A program made the position numbers and the translations under genes. 61,241 nucleotides of DNA from Verrucomicrobiota bacterium (GTDB lineage: Bacteria; Verrucomicrobiota; Verrucomicrobiia; Limisphaerales; UBA9464). The notes under the pieces were generated by a model. It was not told the DNA's origin. It was given only the letters and a program-made list of their open reading frames with translations, and did no database searches. This document shows positions 31,240 through 39,250 of this stretch, piece by piece. Each line of letters begins with the position of its first letter. The first letter of the stretch is position 1. Location of the stretch: assembly GCA_035437945.1 (NCBI GenBank), contig DAOMZG010000003.1, forward strand, positions 1 through 61,241, read 5' to 3'.

Positions 31240-31245
31240 GAATTC

Positions 31246-31503
31246 ATGACACAATCCACCATTACCGATAAATTCCAAACGACCATTCCGCGGGAAGTGC
31301 GGGAGGCGCTGGGCCTCAAACCCCGTCAGCGCCTCGCCTACGAACTGCGTTCCGATGGCACGGTCCTGATTCGACCGGAACCGGGCCTGGACGAACTATT
31401 TGGCAGCATCAAGCTGCGGCGCCCCGTCGCCTCAACTCGAGAGGAGAAACGCGCCGCTCGCGAGGCCATCGCTCGGCGAGGAGCGGGAGAAGGGAAACCA
31501 TGA
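31246..31503 (+). CDS. vapB: AbrB/MazE/SpoVT-family antitoxin (VapB-type)
   Basis: The N-terminus (TITDKFQTTIPREVREALGLKPRQRLAYELRSDGTVLIRP) is a SpoVT/AbrB swapped-hairpin signature. It overlaps the PIN gene by 4 nt. Confidence 0.8.
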   Translation: MTQSTITDKFQTTIPREVREALGLKPRQRLAYELRSDGTVLIRPEPGLDELFGSIKLRRPVASTREEKRAAREAIARRGAGEGKP

Positions 31504-31910
31504 CGACTCGCTACCTGGTCGATACGAACGTGCTGCTCCGATTTCTCACGGGCCAGCCGCTCAACCAAGCCGAGGCGACCAAAAAGCTCTTGGAAGACGC
31601 CGCGGCTGGAGAAGTTGTCCTCGAAGTTTCGCCCGTGATTGCCGCTGAAGCTTATTACACGCTGACTTCGTTCTACGAAATCCCGCGAGCCGAAGCCGCC
31701 CGAAAAATCGCAGCGTTGCTCCGTCGTCGGGGCGTCAAGGTCAGCGATTCGGTCCAAGTCTTCGACGCCTTGGACCGTTTGCAGCGAACAAATGTCGGGT
31801 TCGCCGACGCGTTCTTGGCCGCGGGCGCCGCCATGGAGTCCGTTTCGGTCGCTTCCTTTGATCGGGACCTCGACCGATTCGATGATATCGAGCGCTTCGA
31901 ACCCAAGTAG
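31500..31910 (+). CDS. vapC: PIN-domain ribonuclease toxin (VapC-type)
   Basis: YLVDTNVLLRFL N-terminal acidic motif and a downstream FADAFLAA...SFDRDL acidic residue pattern. Confidence 0.85.
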   Translation: MTTRYLVDTNVLLRFLTGQPLNQAEATKKLLEDAAAGEVVLEVSPVIAAEAYYTLTSFYEIPRAEAARKIAALLRRRGVKVSDSVQVFDALDRLQRTNVGFADAFLAAGAAMESVSVASFDRDLDRFDDIERFEPK

Positions 31911-32050
31911 ATCGCTCCGCGCAACTCGCCGTCACGACTCCCCTTTTCCGCATTCCAATTGCGGTAACCTATTTTATCGCAACTGAAGGATCGAAGGGAA
32001 GAATCGGCGGAGAATTCAAACGCTCGTGACGCGTTGTCCTCAGGTCCCCA

Positions 32051-32080
32051 TTGCCGGAAGCCACCGTTTCGTGGTATTCT
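32051..32080 (+). promoter_or_regulatory. sigma70-like promoter (TTGCCG-N18-TATTCT) with an embedded CCAC/GTGG inverted repeat
   Basis: Read directly from the sequence. It has the same architecture as the promoter at 31210-31239. Confidence 0.3.
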
Positions 32081-32111
32081 AAAAGCAGTTGGTTGAAGAA
32101 AAGCACTGCTC

Positions 32112-32363
32112 ATGGAAATCACGTTGCAAATCCCCGAGAAGTTCGGCTTTCTGTTGCCGAAGCGAGAGGCCATTTCCCGCGAGTTTTTGGAAGCGTATGC
32201 CGCCGATGCTTACCGCAACGAACGTTTGAGTCGGCACCAAGTAGGCCAACTTTTGGGGCTTGACCGTTGGCAAACCGAGGACTTTCTGGCTCGTCGCCAG
32301 GCCCAGCGTCCCTTCGGCGCAGAAGACATGGACCTTGAGCGCGCGTCTCTTCGGCGCGCATGA
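32112..32363 (+). CDS. UPF0175-family antitoxin
   Basis: MEITLQIPEKFG...EFLEAYAADAYRNERLSRHQVGQLLGLDRWQTEDFL matches the UPF0175 layout. It overlaps the downstream gene by 4 nt. Confidence 0.7.
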   Translation: MEITLQIPEKFGFLLPKREAISREFLEAYAADAYRNERLSRHQVGQLLGLDRWQTEDFLARRQAQRPFGAEDMDLERASLRRA

Positions 32364-32851
32364 GTCTGGTCGTTGCTGACACAGGCCCCTTGCGATACCT
32401 GGTGGTGATCCAGGCCATCGAATGTCTGCCGACGCTCTTTGCTCGGGTCATCGTGCCTCCGGCCGTCGTTTCCGAACTGACCCATCCCCGCGCTCCCGTC
32501 GCAGCGCGTCAATGGGCTCAAGGCTTGCCCTCTTGGCTGGAGGTTCAACGACCGAATCGAGCTCACCAGGCCGATCTGCTGGATCCGGGTGAGGCCGAGG
32601 CCATTGGTCTAGCGCTTCAGCTCCAAGCCATGGTCCTGCTCGACGAACGTGAAGCCCGTCGTGAAGCCGTCCAATTGGGCCTGAGCGTTATGGGTACGGT
32701 AGGAATCCTTGAGCGGGCCGCGGAGCGCGGCTTGTTAGACTTGGAAGCGGCGTTCGCTCGGTTGACGGCAACCAACTATCGAATTGATCGAGGCTACCTG
32801 GACGAAGCGCTCCAGCGTTCGCGACAGCGACCGAGACCGCTAAATCCGTGA
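32360..32851 (+). CDS. DUF3368-family PIN-like nuclease toxin
   Basis: LVVADTGPLRYL N-terminus and LDPGEAEAIGLA, LLDEREARREA motifs. It is the usual partner of UPF0175. Confidence 0.75.
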   Translation: MSLVVADTGPLRYLVVIQAIECLPTLFARVIVPPAVVSELTHPRAPVAARQWAQGLPSWLEVQRPNRAHQADLLDPGEAEAIGLALQLQAMVLLDEREARREAVQLGLSVMGTVGILERAAERGLLDLEAAFARLTATNYRIDRGYLDEALQRSRQRPRPLNP

Positions 32852-32900
32852 ACAACCGCATGAACCCCAAGTCTAGGTCGCTTTGCTTGGTGAGCGCGGC

Positions 32901-33131
32901 TTAGGTCCTCTTGTCGGCGAGTGCTTCGTCGAGTTTATCCAACAAAGCGATCCCACGGCGGGCACTGCCACGTGCCGCCAGGGTCCGAAATCGAATTTCG
33001 GCATCGTGCTGAGCCAGCGCGACGTTGGCCCATTCCTCGACCAGCTTGTTGACGCTGATTCCTTGCCGCTCCGCCAAACGCCGGAGCCGCTCGTGCTTTG
33101 CATCAGTCATGCGGATTGTCATCGTTGCCAT
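32901..33131 (-). CDS. ribbon-helix-helix antitoxin
   Basis: MTIRMTDAKHERLRRLAERQGISVNKLVEEW is a CopG/RHH pattern. It overlaps the upstream PIN remnant. Confidence 0.65.
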   Translation of the reverse strand: MATMTIRMTDAKHERLRRLAERQGISVNKLVEEWANVALAQHDAEIRFRTLAARGSARRGIALLDKLDEALADKRT

Positions 33132-33571
33132 AAGTAATCCTCCATCGTTTCAAATAAGTGACCGGCGTTTCGATCTTCAATCGGTCGAACTTCAATTCAC
33201 CGCTTTGCAGATCACGGACGTTGTTGGTCACAATGCTCGCCGCCCCTCCGGCCACGGCCAGCTCCACCAGGTGGTTGTCGCCTTCATCCGCACGGTTCGG
33301 TCTCCAGAGAAACGTCACCGGGACCCAATCGCAAACGGAAAGGAATGCGCCGAGCAGTTCTTCCCGCTCCCGCTCGGAGAGTGGCGATCGGTTCATAACC
33401 GGGGCGGTGAACCACGTCGCTGTACTCTTGAAAGAGCTACTCACCCATCAGAGGGCGGCACCGGCCTTGCAGGCATAGCCGAAGGATTGCCCGGTCGCTG
33501 CCACCGGCGCTCAGCAGCGCTGAGGTCATGACATCAGTCAATGACTTGAACAGTCGATTGAACCGGACCAA
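33103..33571 (-). pseudogene. PIN-family toxin remnant (TIGR00305-like) with an in-frame TAG (33437-33439) and a frameshift
   Basis: The N-terminal piece (..SLTDVMTSALLSAGGSDRAILRLCLQGRCRPLMGE*LFQEYSDVVHRPGY) is in one frame. The C-terminal piece (SEREREELLGAFL...ADEGDNHLVELAVAGGAASIVTNNVRDL...KIETPVTYL) is in the frame of ORF 33103..33444. Confidence 0.6.
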
Positions 33572-33592
33572 CCGGCCGCCAAGCGTGCGCCC

Positions 33593-33850
33593 CTAGTAAT
33601 CTTCAGGCAACAGAACGGTCGTCGCGGACCGGTCCGCCCCGGTCAGAATCCAGAAGGGCTCGCCGGCGGCGCTTCGGTAGGCGGAGAGAATCCGGGTTCC
33701 TTCTCGAAGCGCCTGATCATTGGCGAAACGATCCGACGCACTGAGGTTTCCCCAGTCGCGATTCTGGTGCCGCACCAAGGCGCTGGCGATTTCCTCGGGA
33801 GGAACTCGAATCAGTGCCGCTTGGGTGGCCACGATGCGCCCCAAAGGCAC
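33593..33850 (-). CDS. small conserved plasmid/ICE-associated protein
   Basis: RDWGNLSASDRFANDQALREGTRILSAYRSAAGEPFWILTGADRSATTVLLPEDY matches a motif family (GDWG...ITEADRS.TT.LLP.EY) that I recall from plasmid accessory regions. Function is unknown. The start codon is GTG. Confidence 0.55.
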   Translation of the reverse strand: MPLGRIVATQAALIRVPPEEIASALVRHQNRDWGNLSASDRFANDQALREGTRILSAYRSAAGEPFWILTGADRSATTVLLPEDY

Positions 33851-34110
33851 TCAAGGTCGGTCAGGTCCAGCGCGCAATGCCTTTCCCGCCGGCGAGGCGG
33901 GCGACGAGCTGAGTTTGGGTGAGGTCAACGAAGGTGGTTCTTGCGATGAAGGTCCTGAGTTTCTGGCGTGCATTGGCGATCTCCTCCCAGGTTCTTGTAT
34001 ACCCCGAAAACAGCTCACAAGGCAATGGGTTGAGATCCTGTAAACAGATCGCAACCCCTGGCGGAACTCAGGCTTAGCGTGCGATACTGGCTTTCGGGAG
34101 GAGGGAGAAA

Positions 34111-35094
34111 ATGGCAGACGGGGCACGGGACAATCTCGATTGGGCGCCTCAAGCAGTCTTTCAACGACAGTTGGACCCAGTTGAGTTCGAAGCCTTGCGA
34201 CGGTTGCCGCATTTTCTGGAGTGGCTGGCCAACCTGCCGAACGCCAACACCCGTCGCGCCTATCAGGCCGACCTGATCGCCTTCATGCGGTTTGCCGGCT
34301 TAAAACACCCTGATGACTTCTCCTCGGTTGCGCGCGCCCATGTTCTGGCCTGGCGAAAGGACCTAGAACGCCGGGCACTTCAGCCGGCCACCATCCGCCC
34401 AAAACTCTCGGCGCTCTCCGAACTTTTTGAGTTCCTCTGCGAGGAGAATTGCATCGCCCGGAATCCGGTTCATGGCGTACGCCGTCCTCGGGAAGGGGCC
34501 AACGAGGGCAAAACGCCGGCGTTGTCTGATGCGCAGGCCAAACGGCTCTTGGCGGCGCCGGCAACCGACAGTCTGAAGGACCGTCGCGACCGGGCCATCC
34601 TCGCCGTGCTCCTCTACCACGCCCTCCGTCGCGGAGAACTCTGCCGGCTCCGGGTAAGTGATTTCGAAATGCGCCGGGGAATTCCAACCCTGGTCGTCCA
34701 CGGGAAGGGCTCGCGGCTTAGGTACCTGCCGGTTCATCCCGCCGCTGCCGCTCTCATCGAAGACTACCTCGAATGCGCCGGTCACCGTGAGGACGTGGAG
34801 GGTCCCCTCTTCCGCCCCGTCCGGAATTCCCGAGGCTCACTGGTCCGTCCCCTGTCCGGCCAAGCGGTATATCAAAACATCGTCAAGCACTACGCCGACC
34901 AGGCCGCAATCTCGGTCCGGGCCATTCGCCCCCACTGTCTCCGAGCCACTGCCGCGACCAATGCGCTGGAACACGGCGCCGATATCGCCCGCGTGCGGGA
35001 TTGGCTCGGACACAGCGCCATCACCACCACTCAACTCTATGACAAACGCCGGCACCGGCCTCAGGATTCGCCCACGTTCAAAGTCGAGTACTGA
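34111..35094 (+). CDS. tyrosine recombinase / phage-type integrase (XerC/D-like)
   Basis: The N-terminal SAM-like core-binding region is followed by the catalytic R (ALRRGEL), HxxR (HCLRAT) and H...Y (LGHSAITTTQLY). Confidence 0.9.
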   Translation: MADGARDNLDWAPQAVFQRQLDPVEFEALRRLPHFLEWLANLPNANTRRAYQADLIAFMRFAGLKHPDDFSSVARAHVLAWRKDLERRALQPATIRPKLSALSELFEFLCEENCIARNPVHGVRRPREGANEGKTPALSDAQAKRLLAAPATDSLKDRRDRAILAVLLYHALRRGELCRLRVSDFEMRRGIPTLVVHGKGSRLRYLPVHPAAAALIEDYLECAGHREDVEGPLFRPVRNSRGSLVRPLSGQAVYQNIVKHYADQAAISVRAIRPHCLRATAATNALEHGADIARVRDWLGHSAITTTQLYDKRRHRPQDSPTFKVEY

Positions 35095-35160
35095 AAATCG
35101 GGGATTGGAGTAGAAACCGAGCTTTTCCTCCCCAAACCACCGAGGTCTGTGGAGGCCCAT

Positions 35161-35631
35161 TCATCGACCCTGTTCCTGGCTCTTGCTTTGCGAAGGTTGT
35201 TGAGACGAGGGCGACGATTGCGACCGTGCCTCTTTGTTTTGCGAACTCTGTTGCTGGTCATGCCATTCGAAGAGGCCAGGAGTGTGCATCACGTAGAAAG
35301 GTGGCGCGTAAATCACGGAACATTCCGCTTGTCCCGGAATCTTGCTCGAATCGACGTTGGATCGGTCGTTGCTGGTGAGTTTCGGGTCGGAATATGAAAG
35401 CTTCAGCTCACCTTTCTCGACGAGTGGCTTCAGTTCTGTCGGGATCTTACCGCCCGCCCCGTCCAGCGGGTCCTGGTGGGAAAGGGTTTGCGCGACCTTG
35501 GCCAGATCGGCCTCATGTTTCACGTGGACCAAGGTCAAGATCTCAGACCGCGGGTTGTTGAAATAATTCTTCACGATGTTCACCGTCGTGGAATCAATAA
35601 GCGATTGGTAATAAGACAGTGGTGGTTTCAT
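35161..35631 (-). CDS. hypothetical protein with a Q/S-rich low-complexity tail
   Basis: 156-aa ORF with a protein-like N-terminal two thirds. I recognise no motif. Confidence 0.5.
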   Translation of the reverse strand: MKPPLSYYQSLIDSTTVNIVKNYFNNPRSEILTLVHVKHEADLAKVAQTLSHQDPLDGAGGKIPTELKPLVEKGELKLSYSDPKLTSNDRSNVDSSKIPGQAECSVIYAPPFYVMHTPGLFEWHDQQQSSQNKEARSQSSPSSQQPSQSKSQEQGR

Positions 35632-35717
35632 CGAGCATCATCCTAATCAAATAGGCTCCTGCGGCCTCACGTTTCCCGGGAGATTCGTCGCGATTCCCCG
35701 AGGATTTCGCCGCAGTA

Positions 35718-36089
35718 CTACTCCTCGCCAAAGGCGTACCCATTGCGATCCAACCACTGGAGCACCGCTTCGGTGACGATGTCTTGTTGAGTGAATGGCG
35801 CAGTTCTTTGGAGTTTTCTTCCGAATGCCACTTTCAGCAGGTGATCGGCGAGCTTCGACTGAACCCGAACCGAGAGTGAAACCAGTCCCCGCGTCGGCGT
35901 CGGCATATTCGCAACCGGTTCCGCTGGCTCGCGGGACTTATTTCCTTTGGCTACCGCTGGAGACTTCGGTTTAACCAACTTCTCCGGCTCAGGCGTGGTG
36001 CGCCCGACTCCCCCTTGGATCACCAGCAAGGCCTCCTGCGGCAGATTAGCTGATTCCAAAGCTTCACTTAACGACTTTCGTTCATTCAT
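35718..36089 (-). CDS. ParG-like ribbon-helix-helix partition adaptor
   Basis: It lies immediately downstream of parA with a 4-nt overlap. The C-terminus is RHH-like (GLVSLSVRVQSKLADHLLKVAFGRK...FTQQDIVTEAVLQWL) after a disordered N-terminus. Confidence 0.6.
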   Translation of the reverse strand: MNERKSLSEALESANLPQEALLVIQGGVGRTTPEPEKLVKPKSPAVAKGNKSREPAEPVANMPTPTRGLVSLSVRVQSKLADHLLKVAFGRKLQRTAPFTQQDIVTEAVLQWLDRNGYAFGEE

Positions 36090-36715
36090 ACGCGGACGAG
36101 CTCCTCTAAAAACTGATTCATTTCGCAGGTCGCCGCTTCAGCTCCCGCGCCCATGCGCCACACCACCTTCCCCTGTCCTGCCGCATCGGCATACGCCTGC
36201 AACAGGCGCAGCCCGCTCATCACCGGAATTCCGAGCGTCCGCCCGATTTCGACCAGTTCCCTGCTTAAGCGGTAACGAGCTTGGAGTTTGTTCGGAATGA
36301 GCACCGCGACCGGCGGTCCTTGGCGAATGGCTTGCGCCTGTCTTAAGACACGAATCACGTTATTGGCCGCCCGGAGATCCAGCGCCGAGGGGCCGCACGG
36401 TAGGAAGGAGACGTCGGTTACAAAGAGCGCCGCGCGGGTCACATCCGAGAGCCCTGCCGGACCGTCGATCACAATGTGGTCAAACCGCGTTTTTAGTTGC
36501 GGGATTTCCTCCAGCATCTCGTCTGGGGACTGGAGCCGAATCAGCTCCAATTCCGGAATCGCCTCGCGGATCCAGTCCGAGGAAGAACCTTGAACGTCGG
36601 CATCAACGAGGGCGACTTTGCTCCCCTTCTCCCAAAGCCGGGCGGCCAGATGCACGGACAAGGTGGACTTCCCCACCCCGCCCTTCGGATTTGTGAATGC
36701 AACAACTTTCCCCAT
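36086..36715 (-). CDS. parA: ParA-family partition ATPase
   Basis: Deviant Walker A: NPKGGVGKST. Walker A': ALVDADVQGS. Its size (209 aa) is typical of type Ib ParA. Confidence 0.9.
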   Translation of the reverse strand: MGKVVAFTNPKGGVGKSTLSVHLAARLWEKGSKVALVDADVQGSSSDWIREAIPELELIRLQSPDEMLEEIPQLKTRFDHIVIDGPAGLSDVTRAALFVTDVSFLPCGPSALDLRAANNVIRVLRQAQAIRQGPPVAVLIPNKLQARYRLSRELVEIGRTLGIPVMSGLRLLQAYADAAGQGKVVWRMGAGAEAATCEMNQFLEELVRV

Positions 36716-36807
36716 GATGTCTTGCTATCATGCCTCATACCCGACCCACAAGGGGGCAAGATCGTCTGCGCGCACGGCTTCCAACCAACTTCACGGCACA
36801 CGAGCGG

Positions 36808-36837
36808 GCTGGCATGCTCGCTCGCTTGCATGCCAGC
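36808..36837. repeat. inverted repeat GCTGGCATGC-N10-GCATGCCAGC (candidate ParA/ParG operator or centromere element)
   Basis: Perfect 10-bp arms, read directly, about 90 bp upstream of the parA start. Confidence 0.45.
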
Positions 36838-36882
36838 AACTGGGAGGGAGTGGAGACAGGAAACTACGGTGATTTGAGACAG
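36838..36882 (+). repeat. two iteron-like units ending in GAGACAG, 23 bp apart
   Basis: AACTGGGAGGGAGTGGAGACAG and GAAACTACGGTGATTTGAGACAG share the motif of the main array at 37301-37505. Confidence 0.6.
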
Positions 36883-36980
36883 GCGCTCGCTGATGGGAGT
36901 ATTTGGAAAACGGGATAGCTTGCGTTCTGAATTTCAGGGCCTAGCTGACCAGCAGCGCCGAAAACACGGCCGGTCGATTC

Positions 36981-37014
36981 GCATGCTGGCATTCATGCTC
37001 GCATGCCAGCATGC
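36981..37014. repeat. inverted repeat GCATGCTGGCAT-N10-ATGCCAGCATGC
   Basis: Perfect 12-bp arms that share the GCTGGCATGC core with the repeat at 36808-36837. Confidence 0.45.
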
Positions 37015-37300
37015 GAGCAATGGCGGCAGTCGCATTGATCGCTAGCCGGTCATCAGGAGGCCACGCCCGAGAGCCTGTGCGACTGCTCGCCCGCCATTCT
37101 TCCAGCCTTCCCACAGTTGATGAAGCTGGCTTAAAAACTGAACGGCAAGTTTGCCTGAGCGATGGCAATGTTGCCCGAGAGGCGACTTCAGAACTTGCAG
37201 GCTGCCACGTTTTAGCGCGCTGCCACGCGGGACGCCATGAATGCAGGCCTACGCGGAAGCTTGTCGCCACGCCCGCGTCGAGGGTTGAGAGCTACAACCC

Positions 37301-37505
37301 GGAGGTAGAGGGAACTGAGACAGCCAACCACGGGGAAATGGAACAGGTGACTACCGTGAAGTGAGACAGTTCGATAGTGGGGAATGAAACAGCGATTTAG
37401 AGTGCCACGAGACCGACCTTTGCCGTGCCGCGAGACAGCAACTCAAGGGAAATGAAGCAGGCGGCTACGGGGAAGTGAAACAGGAAACATCGTGAGTTGA
37501 GACAG
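37301..37505 (+). repeat. array of nine 22-23-bp iterons (candidate oriV RepA-binding sites)
   Basis: The units end at 37323, 37346, 37369, 37392, 37415, 37438, 37460, 37483 and 37505. The shared 3' motif is TGAGACAG, with variants GGAACAG, GAAACAG, GAAGCAG and GAGACCG. An upstream ACGGGGAA-like half is often present. The array lies directly upstream of repA. Confidence 0.75.
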
Positions 37506-37617
37506 TAAACTGTGGAATAACCCGTTGATCTTTGGGCCATTCTAGGCGTATAACTTCTAAGTGTTGTATTAACTATGTAATAGTACAACAACAGGAGCGT
37601 GTTGTTGCGCGCGAATC
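37506..37617 (+). promoter_or_regulatory. AT-rich segment with short inverted repeats: candidate DNA-unwinding element and repA promoter
   Basis: Composition drops locally (TAACTTCTAAGTGTTGTATTAACTATGTAATAGTACAACAACAGG). Inverted repeats TGTTGTA/TACAACA and CAACAAC/GTTGTTG are present. TGTGGAATAA resembles a DnaA box with mismatches. Confidence 0.45.
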
Positions 37618-39060
37618 TTGGGGGGAGGGGATTTGAACGAGGAGCTGGAAGAACCGCCGCGGCAATCTGACGGCAAAGACGAGATGAATTTGGCGGAGTT
37701 TCCGCTTTCGGCCATTGCCGATCGATTGGATCCGGAACAAAAGACCATGGTTTTCGAAGACCGCGTGTGGGATCGCAATCGCGGTGAAATGGTTCCGCGT
37801 CAACTCCTCATCACCGCGGCAGACGCCTACGGCCTACCCACCGCGCGGGACGACGAGGTCATTCTTGGTTTGGTTCAGCTCTCTCGGCTTCAGGGATTCT
37901 CCAGCCGCACCGTGACCTTTACGCGCTACCAACTGATCCAACTATTGGGCTGGCGGCCCGAAGGCAAGAGTTACGAGCGCATCGAGAAATCTCTTAACCG
38001 GTGGATGGGCGTGACCCTGTACTATCAGAACGCCTGGTGGGATCGCAAAAACGAGTGCTGGGTGGATGAAAAATTCCATCTCCTCGACAACGTCACCTTG
38101 GTGGATCGCGAACGCCGAGCTGCGCAGCGTGCTGGCCAGACGGAGCTTTTCCAATCCACCTTTAGCTGGAACGAAGTCGTCTTTCGGAGCTTCTCGGCTG
38201 GGAACCTCAAGAGTCTGGACTTTGATTTTTACAAGAGACTCGACAGCCCGGTCGCCAAACGGCTGTACCGGTTTCTGGACAAGCGGTTCTTCCACCGAAC
38301 GCTGTGGGAGTTTCATCTCCAAGAGCTTTGCTGGGCGCACGTGGGGCTCGCGCGCTCCTACGACACAGCCAATTTGAAGCGCAAACTTCGGCCCGCCATC
38401 GCCGAGCTCGAATCCAAAGGCTTCCTGACGCCACTGACTGACGAAGTGCGATTTCGCCGAGTGAGCTGTGGCGAATGGCGCGTCGCTTTCGAACGGTCCC
38501 GCCCGCACTCGGCGGATAAGCGTACTACCGACGTCGCTGCCAACGAAAATCTGCGGCAGGCCTTGGTCCAACGGGGAGTGACCCCTTCGACCTCAAGCGA
38601 TCTTGTCCGCGAGTTTCCGAGCGAAAAGATCGAACAACAACTCGAAGTCTTGGATTGGCTGGTGGCGCGCAAGGACCCCCGCGTGGAACGCAATCCGCCC
38701 GGATATTTGGTGAGCGCGATTCGGGGTGAGTACGTCGCGCCCCGAGAATTCAAAAGCCGCCAACAAGTCGCCGATGCCGCGGCCCGAGCCAAAGCCGCCG
38801 AGGACCGACGTCAAGCTCAGCTTGAAAAGGAACGCCAGCGGGAAGAAGGCAGGCTCGCCGCCCGCCGCGACGCCGCGTCCAGTTTTTGGGCCTCACTGTC
38901 GGACGAAGAACGCTCGCATCTTGAACATGAGGCCTTGGCTTCGGCCGGTTTGTTCGAACAAAGGCTGCTGCGCGAAGGGGGAAGCCTTGCCGAGGCCACC
39001 AGGCAGAAGATTCTGGAGGACTTCGCTCTGAGGAGTTTGGAGGCTACAGCCTGGGATTAA
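37618..39060 (+). CDS. repA: plasmid replication initiator protein A (RepA, Pfam RPA-like)
   Basis: MNLAEFPLSAIADRL...AYGLPTARDDEVILGLVQLSR...VTFTRYQLIQLLGWRPEGKSYERIEKSLNRW is the signature I associate with the Replication initiator protein A family. The start is either TTG 37618 or ATG 37684. Confidence 0.85.
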   Translation: MGGGDLNEELEEPPRQSDGKDEMNLAEFPLSAIADRLDPEQKTMVFEDRVWDRNRGEMVPRQLLITAADAYGLPTARDDEVILGLVQLSRLQGFSSRTVTFTRYQLIQLLGWRPEGKSYERIEKSLNRWMGVTLYYQNAWWDRKNECWVDEKFHLLDNVTLVDRERRAAQRAGQTELFQSTFSWNEVVFRSFSAGNLKSLDFDFYKRLDSPVAKRLYRFLDKRFFHRTLWEFHLQELCWAHVGLARSYDTANLKRKLRPAIAELESKGFLTPLTDEVRFRRVSCGEWRVAFERSRPHSADKRTTDVAANENLRQALVQRGVTPSTSSDLVREFPSEKIEQQLEVLDWLVARKDPRVERNPPGYLVSAIRGEYVAPREFKSRQQVADAAARAKAAEDRRQAQLEKERQREEGRLAARRDAASSFWASLSDEERSHLEHEALASAGLFEQRLLREGGSLAEATRQKILEDFALRSLEATAWD

Positions 39061-39250
39061 TAAACCCGCGTTCAGCAAGCTCCGGTGCGGGTAACGGCGA
39101 GAATGAGGAAGTCTTGCCGCCGCCGGTGAATGCGAAAGGCGTACGCGTTCAAGGAATAGAGCCGCATTCGAGCCGGGTCCCGGGCGGATAGGCGGGGATT
39201 ACTCCAACGCCTCTACCCAGCACCAGACGATCTGTGGTAAACACCCTGGA

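Noticed and set aside
33851-34126. 91-aa minus-strand ORF upstream of the integrase, and a ~55-aa alternative frame (..TWEEIANARQKLRTFIARTTFVDLTQTQLVARLAGGKGIARWT)
   Set aside because: The listed ORF is S/P-rich low complexity. The alternative frame has no clear start or RBS and only a vague HTH-like look, which is not enough to call an excisionase or regulator.
37301-37505. Possible CRISPR array
   Set aside because: The units are 22-23 bp with no alternating unique spacers, no cas genes are present, and the array sits directly upstream of repA. These are iterons.
37561-37600. GTGTTGTATTAACTATG as a MobF nic site (similar to R388 GTATTGTCT/ATAG)
   Set aside because: Only about 9-10 of 14 positions match. 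The candidate lies in the loop of a short inverted repeat rather than 3' of a hairpin, and the location fits a repA promoter or DUE better.
36941-37803. ORFs of 64-117 aa across the parA-repA intergenic region
   Set aside because: They run through iterons and GCATGC inverted repeats, so their periodic peptide patterns only reflect DNA repeats. The region is better explained as oriV/par sites.
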